From: Desulfatiglandales bacterium
Lineage (GTDB): Bacteria > Desulfobacterota > DSM-4660 > Desulfatiglandales > HGW-15
Assembly: GCA_963667015.2 (NCBI GenBank)
Contig: CAXXJJ010000004.1
Coordinates: 704,001 to 768,000, forward strand
Direction: 5' to 3'
Length of the DNA stretch: 64,000 nucleotides
Every line of letters starts with the position of its first letter. Position 1 is the stretch's first letter. A program made the position numbers and the translations under genes. This document shows positions 20,916-30,191 of this stretch, piece after piece. The notes under the pieces are model-generated. The model ran no database searches, had not been told where the DNA came from, and saw only the letters and a list, made by a program, of their open reading frames with translations.

Positions 20916-21920
20916 ATGCGAAACACAGTTTTAATTATTGTCTTCATTTCTCTTTTATTTCCATGTTTTGCCGGTGCACAGGTTAACAGCAGCAGCTGTG
21001 ATCGTGACTGTCTCGAAGGTTATATCGACAGATACATGGATGCAATGCTTGAAAACGATCCGAGTCTCGACCTTTTCTCAAGAGACTGCAAATTTACCGA
21101 AAACGGTGTAAGGCTTCCTCTTGGTAATGAGGGACTGTGGGTTACCATGTCTGCAAAGGGGAACTACAAGTTTTATGTTCCGGATGTTGAAACCCAGCAG
21201 GTGGCCTTTTTAGGAACTGCCCGTGAAGATGGTGGAAACGGCAAGGAAGGCGGGGATACAGTAGCCATTGCACTCAGGATTAAGATTGTTGATAAAAAGA
21301 TTACCGAAGCAGAGCAGATTGTGGTTCGACCTGACGGTGATAATATGGGAATGACAGGTAAACTTTCTACAGGCGCGAGTGTTGAAAAACTGGGCGCACC
21401 CCATAAAATTTTCAAGGAAGCTATTCCGGTAAAAGAAAGGGCATCCAGGGAAGAGCTGATCAAGACTGCAAACTATTATTTTTCAGGCCTGCAGAAGAAT
21501 GATCACGGCAAAGGTTATTATCCCTTTACCGATGACTGTCATCGTGTTGAAAACGGAATGCCCGCAACAAACGTGCCTGTACCCGATGGCCAGGTACGTC
21601 CCGACCCGAAGACAACCAAGGTATACTCAACACACTGGGGATGCAAGGAACAGTTTGAGTCAGGGGGAATGGGTTTTATAACCCGGGTCCGTGACCGCAG
21701 GTTCGTGGCTGTTGACCGGGAACGTGGAATAGCATTTGCATTTGCATTCTTTGATCATGACAACATTAACTGGACCTGGCAGCTTGCGGAGCTCTTTAAA
21801 ATAGAAAATGGAAACATTCGACGAATTGAAGCTATTTTTCACAGGTGCCCCTATGGAATGAACGCGGGCTGGAGCACCTATGAGCAGGGCATGTCTGATC
21901 AGATACAGAGTGTAAGATAA
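20916..21920 (+). CDS. Secreted hypothetical protein (possible tandem NTF2/SnoaL-like fold)
   Basis: Signal peptide; CDRDCL, KFTENG, C.RVENG and FKIENGNIRRIEA segments; homologous to the next gene. Confidence 0.7.
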   Translation: MRNTVLIIVFISLLFPCFAGAQVNSSSCDRDCLEGYIDRYMDAMLENDPSLDLFSRDCKFTENGVRLPLGNEGLWVTMSAKGNYKFYVPDVETQQVAFLGTAREDGGNGKEGGDTVAIALRIKIVDKKITEAEQIVVRPDGDNMGMTGKLSTGASVEKLGAPHKIFKEAIPVKERASREELIKTANYYFSGLQKNDHGKGYYPFTDDCHRVENGMPATNVPVPDGQVRPDPKTTKVYSTHWGCKEQFESGGMGFITRVRDRRFVAVDRERGIAFAFAFFDHDNINWTWQLAELFKIENGNIRRIEAIFHRCPYGMNAGWSTYEQGMSDQIQSVR

Positions 21921-21944
21921 TTAAATATAACTGGAGGAGATGAA

Positions 21945-22946
21945 ATGAGAAAATTTGGCTTAACACTGGTTATTATTCTTTTATTCTCTGCTAATTCATT
22001 TGCATACAAATACCAGGGATGCGATCGTGAGTGCCTTGTAAAAATTATGAAAGACTACCTTTCGGCACTGGTTGCCCATGATACCACGGCAGTACCTTTT
22101 CATAAATATGTGAAATTTACGGAAAATACCGCAGAAATTCCGCTGGGATACGGCCTGTGGGAAACGGCTTCGGGCGGGCCATCCGAATTCCAGATTTACG
22201 CTGCAGACCCGGTAAATCAGCAGGTGGCGGCCCTTGTTATGATGAAGGAAAACAACAACGAGGATATTCTTCTGGGAGTTAGGCTTGCCCTTAAACGCGG
22301 AAAAATTGCAGAGGCCGAACATCATGTGGTGCCGGCAAATGAAATACATCTGGAAAATCTTAAAAAACCCAGACCTGGTCTTGTTGAAGATATAGCGCCT
22401 GAGGATAAAACTCCAAGAAACCAGATGCTGGATATCGGGCTTTCCTACTATGATTCCCTTGTAGGTGAAGACGGAACAATTGCACCCTATGCCCTGGAGT
22501 GTCAGCGCCGTGAGAATGGAGGCATTTCAGTTGGCGGAAAGAAAGAGGATTTGCCTGAGGAGGAAACAAAAAGAGACTTTGCTCCGCCCGAATCAGTGGA
22601 CCCTGAAATGATGAAGCTGGCCAGGGCGCTTTCGGCTGTTCCCAATACATGTGAAGGACAGATTACTGCCGGTGTATGGGCATATATTGCAGAAATCAAA
22701 AACCGCCGTCTGCTGGTAATAGATGAACAGAAGGGACTGGCAGTTGGCTTTTCCAACCTCCACCATGACAGCAAGCTGAAAAACATGAAGTTAAAGGTAG
22801 ATTCAGGAGAGATCAGCGTGCCGGCCTTTCAGGGAAACTTCAATATGCCGGCCATACACTTTTTTAAAATCAAAAAGGGAAAAATATACGATATAGAGGC
22901 AACCGGACTTGTTCTGCCCTATGGTACAAAGACAGGGTGGGAGTAA
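21945..22946 (+). CDS. Secreted hypothetical protein, paralog of 20916..21920
   Basis: Signal peptide; CDRECL, KFTENT, CQRRENG and FKIKKGKIYDIEA segments. Confidence 0.7.
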   Translation: MRKFGLTLVIILLFSANSFAYKYQGCDRECLVKIMKDYLSALVAHDTTAVPFHKYVKFTENTAEIPLGYGLWETASGGPSEFQIYAADPVNQQVAALVMMKENNNEDILLGVRLALKRGKIAEAEHHVVPANEIHLENLKKPRPGLVEDIAPEDKTPRNQMLDIGLSYYDSLVGEDGTIAPYALECQRRENGGISVGGKKEDLPEEETKRDFAPPESVDPEMMKLARALSAVPNTCEGQITAGVWAYIAEIKNRRLLVIDEQKGLAVGFSNLHHDSKLKNMKLKVDSGEISVPAFQGNFNMPAIHFFKIKKGKIYDIEATGLVLPYGTKTGWE

Positions 22947-22951
22947 AAAAC

Positions 22952-22987
22952 AGGGTTCAAGGGGTCGAGAGGTCAGGGATTCGAGTG
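22952..22987 (+). repeat. Degenerate octamer tandem repeat
   Basis: agggttca-aggggtcg-agaggtca-gggattcg. Confidence 0.5.
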
Positions 22988-23137
22988 CAAAAGCTAAAAG
23001 CAGAAGCCCTTGCTATACTACTCCTATAAATTAATGCGTCTTTTTCACACTGGCCGGGCCAGGGCCTAAGCTCTAAATAGGAGAAGCAGGCTGCCCCGGT
23101 CAGTATCAATCATATTCGATGTAAAGGTATACCCTAC

Positions 23138-23816
23138 TCATTGCTCATTAAGATGTTCGGCCTTCCATCTCATTGCCGAAAATATCCTTCTTTTACCACT
23201 GGAGTGGTCATAGAATAATAATTCTTCTATAGGACCGGGATCCATTTTCCTAAAAAACGGGTAATAAGCCTGCTAAAGGATATCCAGATTGTGCTGCCAA
23301 TACCGCTTACATTCGCGCTGATCCGGTTGCTCTGTTTTGACGCATCAAATTCATATACATTATCAGCCAGGACACCGTTGGCCCTTGCCATTGATAATAT
23401 TTTATTCCTGATATCCGAATCTTCCATGGGTTTATATTCATTTAAAAGAGGTGAAATAAAAACCGGCTGGATAAGCAGCATAAATATTAAGAATACAGAG
23501 GTTACACAGGAGCACCAGATCCACAATTTATTTTTAACCCTGCGCACTATGGCATATAAAACAGTGATAAAAATACCCCCCAGAATTAGGATAACTCCCA
23601 GAGGGTTATCCAGTATCCTCCTTCATAGTATGCATCTGATTTTTCCTTCTGCTCAGGAGATAGGGTATCTAAATATTTTTGAGTCTCGATCTCAGGATTA
23701 AAAGATTGCTGTTCCGGTTGTCCTGTCGGCCAGGCGGAATTATTAAATTCTTCTGAAAATGAAACGGAAGAGAATAAAATAAATATTACAACTAAAAAGA
23801 ATAGATTTTTCATCAT
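23138..23816 (-). pseudogene. M48 (Ste24-like) metallopeptidase pseudogene with internal deletions and frameshifts
   Basis: Three segments separated by frameshifts: signal peptide..KSDAYYEGGYW; PVFISPLLNEYKPM..ARANGV..DASKQSNRISANVSG; RKMDPGPIEELLFYDHSSGKRRIFSAMRWKAEH*. No HEXXH motif remains. Confidence 0.8.
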
Positions 23817-23865
23817 ATCCCCGTTTTTAATAAATGAACAACCTTGCCTGTTTAACTGGAACATT

Positions 23866-25842
23866 TTAAACCTTTTCATCGATATCGGCATTTGCCTTGA
23901 ACTGGGTTTCATACAGCTGATTATACAATCCGTTCAGCGCCAGCAGCTCCTCATGGGTTCCGCGTTCGACGATTTTACCTCGGTCAATCACCAGAATCAT
24001 ATCCGCAGCCAGGATCGTGCTCAGGCGATGAGCAATAACAATATTGGTCCGCCCGGCCATAACCCGTTTCAAAGCCTCCTGGATCAGGGCTTCGGATTCG
24101 CTGTCAAGTGAACTTGTAGCCTCATCAAGTACAAGAATGCGCGGGTCTTTCAGGATCACCCTCGCCAGAGCAATACGCTGCTTTTCGCCTCCGCTCAGGC
24201 GATAGCCCCGCTCGCCTGCCACTGTGTCGTATCCTTCGGGAAGTTCGGTAATAAACAGGTGAATATTGGCGGCCCGCGCTGCTGCCTCGATCTCAACCTG
24301 GGTTGCATCCGGTTTGGCATAGATGAGATTGGTGCGGATTGTGTCATGGAAAAGGTAGGTTTCCTGAGTCACCATACCGATAGCCGCTGAAAGCGATTCG
24401 AGAGCGATATCTTTCAGGTCATGCCCGTCAATACGTATAACCCCCTCGGTCGGGTCATACAGGCGCGGAATGAGATAGGTTAAAGTTGTCTTGCCCGCGC
24501 CCGAGGGTCCAACCAGGGCGATCAACTGTCCGGCAGATGCATGAAAGGATACAGACTCGAGGGCCACGTCCCTGGCCTGGGATAGAGTCGCAGGGGCGAT
24601 CTTGTTCCTTACGACAGCCGCCTCGTTCAATCCGGTCTTTTTTGGGATACCGGACCGGTTTCCGGATATTACTGCAGTTACATCATCCATCTTCCCGTAT
24701 CGCTTTACCTCACTGAGCAGTCTGGACCTGTCAATGCTGTAATCGAACGTGACATTCTCGAACTCGAGATCGCCTCTCATGTTGTCCAGAACAATGGCAT
24801 TCTCTTTTTCTTCGATATCCTTTGGCAGGTCGATGACCTCGAAAACCCTTTCAAAAGAGACCATACTGGTGCTGAAATCCACCGGTGCACTCGCGAGCCC
24901 CTGCAGCGAACTGTAAAGCTGCCCAAGGTAAGCTCCGAAGGCCACAATGGTTCCGATGGTGAAGGAGCCTTTTATAACAAAATATCCGCCCAGCCCATAG
25001 ACCATCGCCGTTCCAACCGCACCGACCAGCCCTATGATAACAAAGAAAACCGTGCCGGCCACGGCCCTTCTGACTCCAATATCACGCACTTCCCCAGCTC
25101 TCTGCCTGAAGCGCTCTTCTTCCTCTTCAGCCCGCCCGAAGAGCTTTACCAGAAGCGCCCCTCCGATGTTGAGCGTCTCGTTCATATGTGCATTCATCCG
25201 GGCATTCTGCTCCATTGCCCGGCGGGCAATGTCGCGCAGCACGATACCCAGCCTACGGGCCGCCATGATAAAGAGCGGCATGATAATCACGCTGGCAAGG
25301 GTAAGCCGCCACTCGAGACTCGTCATAACGGCAAGAATTGCGACAGCCTTGATCAGGTTGCTTGCAATGTTGACAATGGTGTTGCTGATAGCGTTCTGCG
25401 CACCAATCACATCATTATTCAGGCGGGACATCATCTCCCCTACCCTGGTGTTGGTAAAAAAACGCAGCGACATTGACTGCAACCGGGAAAAGAGCGCTAC
25501 CCGAAGGTCGTAGATTACACTCTCTCCGACTGTGGCATTCATACGCCGCTGGATCACACTCACTCCCCCATTGAGCAGGGGGACGAACAGCAGGGCTGTT
25601 GCGCATAAAATCAGATGATGCAAATTTTTGGAAGGCAGGACCTTGTCGATCAATTGCCGAAAGATAAGCGGTGAAACCAGTGATAATCCCGCGCTGAATA
25701 TGATCGCAACGAGCATCCCAACGATGTGTTTCCGATATGGCCGGGCATAGGCTAATACGCGTAAAAGCAGTTCCTTTGTAACCTTTTTTGGCTTTTCATC
25801 ACTCGAACGAACATAGGCAAACCATCCTCCGCTATGCGACAT
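23866..25842 (-). CDS. ABC exporter, fused permease and ATP-binding domains (MsbA-like)
   Basis: Six-helix transmembrane domain, GPSGAGKT, LSGGEKQR, LVLDEATS, IAHRLST. Confidence 0.93.
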   Translation of the reverse strand: MSHSGGWFAYVRSSDEKPKKVTKELLLRVLAYARPYRKHIVGMLVAIIFSAGLSLVSPLIFRQLIDKVLPSKNLHHLILCATALLFVPLLNGGVSVIQRRMNATVGESVIYDLRVALFSRLQSMSLRFFTNTRVGEMMSRLNNDVIGAQNAISNTIVNIASNLIKAVAILAVMTSLEWRLTLASVIIMPLFIMAARRLGIVLRDIARRAMEQNARMNAHMNETLNIGGALLVKLFGRAEEEEERFRQRAGEVRDIGVRRAVAGTVFFVIIGLVGAVGTAMVYGLGGYFVIKGSFTIGTIVAFGAYLGQLYSSLQGLASAPVDFSTSMVSFERVFEVIDLPKDIEEKENAIVLDNMRGDLEFENVTFDYSIDRSRLLSEVKRYGKMDDVTAVISGNRSGIPKKTGLNEAAVVRNKIAPATLSQARDVALESVSFHASAGQLIALVGPSGAGKTTLTYLIPRLYDPTEGVIRIDGHDLKDIALESLSAAIGMVTQETYLFHDTIRTNLIYAKPDATQVEIEAAARAANIHLFITELPEGYDTVAGERGYRLSGGEKQRIALARVILKDPRILVLDEATSSLDSESEALIQEALKRVMAGRTNIVIAHRLSTILAADMILVIDRGKIVERGTHEELLALNGLYNQLYETQFKANADIDEKV

Positions 25843-26174
25843 GTTAGTCTCCTAATCTAATTTAGCCAGTAATGTATGGCAGGTCTGATATACCTTGAAC
25901 ATCAATCCTTGATCCGGCTGATCTTCATGACTTATACGATGTCCCGGAGGCTTTTGCAACCGGAGGGTTTTTTTCACATCCAGTCCTGACTATGTTTCCA
26001 GCTAAACCTGATAAATCCTTTTTTGAATCTTTCGGTGAGATACAGCTTTAACTATGCAGCATAAACCATAAACTATAAACCCGACATTTTTATTACACTT
26101 TGAGATAATTGCACTTTTAAAGTTCATTCCCCGGTGATATAGATATTTTTATAATTGTATTCAGGAGAATAAAA

Positions 26175-26741
26175 ATGCCAAAAGCGTGTGACTTAAAAAA
26201 AGGAAATGTGGTGGAGATTAACAATGAAATCTACATGGTTAATCAGATTGATGTAAAAACTCCATCAGCAAGGGGGGCTGTTACCCTTTACAAGGTCAGG
26301 TTCAGCAACGTAAGGACCAAACAGAAATATGAAGAAAGCTACAAGGGAAACGATATGCTGAATGATGTTGCCCTTGAAAAAAAATCCGTACAATATCTAT
26401 ATCCGGACGGCAACCTCCATGTTTTTATGGATACTACCGACTATGCCCAGTATGAGATAGAGGGTGAGGCGATTGAAGATGAACTTGTATGGATTACAGA
26501 GGGAATGGAGGGTATTGTCGGTCTGATCATTGATGAAAATTTGGTATCCGTTGAAATTCCAAATACCCTGGTCTTTGAAATAGTCCAGACCGTTCCGGGC
26601 ATAAAGAGTGCAAGCGCATCCGCAAGGACCAAGCCCGCAACCCTCTCAAATGGAATAGAAATCCAGATCCCCGAATATCTTGAGGCCGGGGAAATGGTTA
26701 AGGTCAACACAGAAACAAAAAAATTCATTTCCAAGGCGTGA
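26175..26741 (+). CDS. efpL: Elongation factor P-like protein EfpL/YeiP
   Basis: EF-P-type sequence with loop TPSARGAVTLYKVRF (Arg at the tip) and ASARTKPATLSNG. Confidence 0.85.
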   Translation: MPKACDLKKGNVVEINNEIYMVNQIDVKTPSARGAVTLYKVRFSNVRTKQKYEESYKGNDMLNDVALEKKSVQYLYPDGNLHVFMDTTDYAQYEIEGEAIEDELVWITEGMEGIVGLIIDENLVSVEIPNTLVFEIVQTVPGIKSASASARTKPATLSNGIEIQIPEYLEAGEMVKVNTETKKFISKA

Positions 26742-26809
26742 TCAAAATGTGAGATGGGATGAGGTTAAATAATGCAATTGAAATGCGTATATCAAGGCCG
26801 ATTTAAATA

Positions 26810-26830
26810 TTGAATCTTGAACTTTGAATT
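26810..26830 (+). repeat. Heptamer tandem repeat
   Basis: ttgaatc-ttgaact-ttgaatt between convergent genes. Confidence 0.45.
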
Positions 26831-26834
26831 GGCT

Positions 26835-27116
26835 TTATCCCCCCGAGACAGGAAGATGCAGGTTTATCTCATCATTATCCTGAAGCACATAATCCATGCC
26901 CTTCAGTTCCTGATTCACAAACACATGGAGAAGCATATCATCCCATTCATTGGCCGAACCTATTGAAGAAAGGCGGTTGAGCAGATCCAAAACGGTCGCG
27001 CCCTGATCAAATTCTATCATCACTTCATGGCCGTCCTGGAAATGGGCTAAAAATTCTTCTGTAACCCCGACAGCAAAGCTGGATTTGAGCCTTATTTTTA
27101 TTTTCTGAATACTCAT
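26835..27116 (-). CDS. MoaD/ThiS family sulfur carrier protein
   Basis: 93 aa, beta-grasp pattern VFVN..LQDNDEI, C-terminal SGG. Confidence 0.85.
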   Translation of the reverse strand: MSIQKIKIRLKSSFAVGVTEEFLAHFQDGHEVMIEFDQGATVLDLLNRLSSIGSANEWDDMLLHVFVNQELKGMDYVLQDNDEINLHLPVSGG

Positions 27117-27143
27117 AGCTATAAATAATTATAAATATAAAAA

Positions 27144-27167
27144 GGGCACGCTTCCCCGTGCCCCTAC
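27144..27167. repeat. GTAG-type REP-like palindrome
   Basis: gggcacg-cttccc-cgtgccc-ctac (begins GTAG on the minus strand). Confidence 0.55.
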
Positions 27168-27233
27168 AGTTTATTCTAATTACGGAGTTTATAATCAAGC
27201 CTGATACCAGTATTACAGAGACTCCGATGCAAA

Positions 27234-28844
27234 CTACTCATCGTGCAGGTCTTCAGGCTTTGGTGTTTCCCAATCCACCATATGCTGCATCCATGGCGCC
27301 TTCTGGACATAAATATCATGTGCAAAGGGTACAGGGGGATGAGACATCCACTTGGGATCAAACTCATCCTTAACCTTGAGCATGAATGTATGATAATTGG
27401 GTCCATACTTCGGACCGGTAAGGTAAAGGGGCTGATGAGGACCAAGCAGTGATGTGTAGTACCTCTCCCTGATATTCATCTTTGATGTCTCCAGGTAGAA
27501 CTGATCAACGCCGTCACAGTTGTCGTCCGGATCCCAGTATACCAGGAATTCGGAATAACCCTGATGCCCCATCTCAAAGCTCTGAAACCAGCCAGGATCG
27601 CCATAATCAGGCATAAGAGGCGGGGTAAAATTCTTTTTCACCTGTGCATAGGATTCGCCGTGCTCGGTTGACTGTGAAAGTGTCTCGATAACATAATCAA
27701 CCGATACATAACCTCCGCACATGAGCCACATACCGGCAGAGTCGGCATTTTTGATCCATGACTCATCAGAAGGCTTGGTTCGTCTTGCAATACCGCCCAC
27801 CTCTTTCATAATATCCATGAGGACCTTCTCGTCATACTCCATCTGTTCCTCGGATGTGTAGCCAATAAGGAGCACACGGACAATAAAGAAGTTGGCTATG
27901 GTATCTTCATTTTCCTTGCCCCAGATATCCCAGAACTCCTCCTTGCATTCGGCCTTGGCAATGGCACGCCAGAATAGCGGGACCTTTGTAACCGCGCCGG
28001 CTATTTCAGCATGACCGATATTTTTCATGGCTGTAACCTGGGCCTCCTTTGAAGGCACGGTAAAGTTTATCCATTTCACCCTTTTTTCCGGAAGTGCCAG
28101 GTATGTCTCCGGAGAAATACCTGTTGGTTCAAGCCTTTCGGGCTGGAACGGCAGTGTCTTTATTGCCATCCTTGTTACAATACCAAGACATCCCCTAACA
28201 CCGGTATATCCCCTTAAAAGACCTCTCAGGTCAGGACCGGGACCTTCTCCCCAGAAAGGATCATCGCCTTCGGCAAGGGAACCGAGCTTAAGAAGTTCAC
28301 CATCGGGCAGCACAACCTCTGTGCCGAGGATACGCCTGTGTGGAAGACCGATCCTGTGGCTCAGGGGTGACCAGCCGTCACCTATAAGGTTTGCGATTGC
28401 TGATGCCTGGGCGCCTCCGCCCCCGATAACAACATAGGCGCCATGCTTCATGCATTCTTCCTGTATGGGCGAATAAACAACACCGGGACCTACTTCAACA
28501 TAAAAATGCTTTTCATCAAGGATAAAATCATCCATCCTCTTAAGGTCAATCAAAAGGGCATCTTCAACGTGCGGGTGAGACTTTGGCCCGTAAAAACCTG
28601 TACTGTAGGGCACATAGGGAATGTCATTCCGGTAGCATACCCTGACTATCTTCTGAACCTCTTCGGTTGTTTTGGGCATGATAACACAACCCGGTATGGT
28701 GGTCATCACACGCTCATATCCCATGCTGTTTTCATATCCGCCGGGGCCGCTTCTGTACCCCTCGCATATAACAGGATCATTTGATATAAAATTGTTACCG
28801 ACAATGGCTTCCAGGACACTGTATATTTCATTTGATATAGCCAT
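27234..28844 (-). CDS. FAD-binding oxidoreductase (VAO/PCMH/GlcD superfamily)
   Basis: VIMPKTTEEVQKIV, LIDLKRM, EVVLPDGELLKLG, GPGPDL..GCLGIVT, KDEFDPKW; AGGAGG RBS. Confidence 0.85.
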   Translation of the reverse strand: MAISNEIYSVLEAIVGNNFISNDPVICEGYRSGPGGYENSMGYERVMTTIPGCVIMPKTTEEVQKIVRVCYRNDIPYVPYSTGFYGPKSHPHVEDALLIDLKRMDDFILDEKHFYVEVGPGVVYSPIQEECMKHGAYVVIGGGGAQASAIANLIGDGWSPLSHRIGLPHRRILGTEVVLPDGELLKLGSLAEGDDPFWGEGPGPDLRGLLRGYTGVRGCLGIVTRMAIKTLPFQPERLEPTGISPETYLALPEKRVKWINFTVPSKEAQVTAMKNIGHAEIAGAVTKVPLFWRAIAKAECKEEFWDIWGKENEDTIANFFIVRVLLIGYTSEEQMEYDEKVLMDIMKEVGGIARRTKPSDESWIKNADSAGMWLMCGGYVSVDYVIETLSQSTEHGESYAQVKKNFTPPLMPDYGDPGWFQSFEMGHQGYSEFLVYWDPDDNCDGVDQFYLETSKMNIRERYYTSLLGPHQPLYLTGPKYGPNYHTFMLKVKDEFDPKWMSHPPVPFAHDIYVQKAPWMQHMVDWETPKPEDLHDE

Positions 28845-28854
28845 ATATAACCTC

Positions 28855-30180
28855 CTAACCTTCAATGGCCGCACAGACTACTTCGGATATATCAAGTACC
28901 TGCACTTTCTCACCCTGGGCATCAAGCACCCGGGTAAAATTGTTTTTACACCATGGACAGGCTGATACAAGCGTTTCAGCGCCTACATCCTTGACCTCTT
29001 CAATCCTCTGGTCCGCAGCCCATTCGGCGAATTCGGGAAATGCCTCCTGTGTGCCTCGACCCGCACCGCAGCAGAATGAGTTCTCCCTCATTCTGGGCAT
29101 CTCGACAAGCTCAACACCTGGTATGGCATTCAGGATATCCCTTGGCTGGCTGTACAGACCGCTTCTTCCCCTTCTCCTCTGCAGCCTTGGCTCAACGCAC
29201 CCCATCCAGCCTCTTTTACCTTCATAGGGTATCCAGGGGTCGCTCAGGCGGCTTACGCTGCATGAGTCATGATAGGCAACACGAGTATCCAGGTTGTTTT
29301 TAAGTTTAAGGCTTCCGTCCTTGATCTTTTCATCCACATATTCCATCAGGTGGATAACCTTGAATCCAAGATCATCGGTTGCGATATTAAGAAGTTTGGG
29401 ATAATCAACCTTCCACATCCGGTAGCCTTCGGCACAGCTTGTAACCAGGATTTTTGCGCCGGTTTTTCTTACCTCTTGGATGTTGCGCTCCGCAATGGTC
29501 TTTGCCTCGTCAATCATTCCAACGGAAAAGACCTTGTTGCCGCAGCACCATTCATCAGGCATGAGCATGTAATCGTCTCCGCATGCCCTGAATATTTTAG
29601 CGGTTGACTGTGCAATGGATTTGTTTACATATGAGGCATTACATCCGACATAGTAGAGCATGTCAGCCTTCTCAGCGGGTTTGATATCTTCTGTTATCCA
29701 TCCGGTCCGGTTCTCGTGGGGAGATCCATAACAGTTGTGAGAGTTATCTATCTTTTCCGCTGTTTTTTTATGTGCAGGCATAGGCCCGACGCCGTCCTTA
29801 ACAGCCTTTACCCTCAGGGACTCAAGTGTAAGTTCAATCTCAAGGTCAAGGTTCCGTTTACATCCAACATCACATGCTCCGCACAGTGTGCAGGCATAAA
29901 TAATTTCAAGGGCCTTTTCATTCCAGTCCAGGACACCCTCTGCCATTGCATGACCTATTCTCATCTTTCCATAGGCGCCATATGAGTCAAAGATATACCT
30001 TGTTGCACTGGGGCACCTGGTAGTATATTTTGCACCGGGCATATAGGTATGTTCCACCCATGTACATCCCTTGCACTTGATGCATTTGCTCATATCATAA
30101 ACAAAATTTTGCATATCACTAATATCAAGCTTGAATTCCTCTTTCGGCTTGTAATATCTGAATCTTAGTTCTTTTGACAT
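28855..30180 (-). CDS. FeS oxidoreductase with CCG domains (GlpC/HdrD/GlcF-like)
   Basis: CIKCKGC..CP, CTLCGACDVGC, YVGC, WCCG, TSCAEG, YHDSC, FCCGAG, SACPWC. Confidence 0.88.
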   Translation of the reverse strand: MSKELRFRYYKPKEEFKLDISDMQNFVYDMSKCIKCKGCTWVEHTYMPGAKYTTRCPSATRYIFDSYGAYGKMRIGHAMAEGVLDWNEKALEIIYACTLCGACDVGCKRNLDLEIELTLESLRVKAVKDGVGPMPAHKKTAEKIDNSHNCYGSPHENRTGWITEDIKPAEKADMLYYVGCNASYVNKSIAQSTAKIFRACGDDYMLMPDEWCCGNKVFSVGMIDEAKTIAERNIQEVRKTGAKILVTSCAEGYRMWKVDYPKLLNIATDDLGFKVIHLMEYVDEKIKDGSLKLKNNLDTRVAYHDSCSVSRLSDPWIPYEGKRGWMGCVEPRLQRRRGRSGLYSQPRDILNAIPGVELVEMPRMRENSFCCGAGRGTQEAFPEFAEWAADQRIEEVKDVGAETLVSACPWCKNNFTRVLDAQGEKVQVLDISEVVCAAIEG

Positions 30181-30191
30181 CTCTTCCCTCC

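Noticed and set aside
23000..23130. Intergenic stretch with a ctcctat/ataggag inverted pair and a GC-rich centre
   Set aside because: The pairing is short, with no promoter, terminator or recognisable ORF.
25910..25985. Minus-strand GCAAAAGCCTCCGGG...CAGCCGG upstream of the ABC exporter, resembling part of a c-di-GMP-I riboswitch
   Set aside because: No GGCAAA-led P2 stem with a GNRA loop and no closing P1 could be found; an Rfam scan would be needed.
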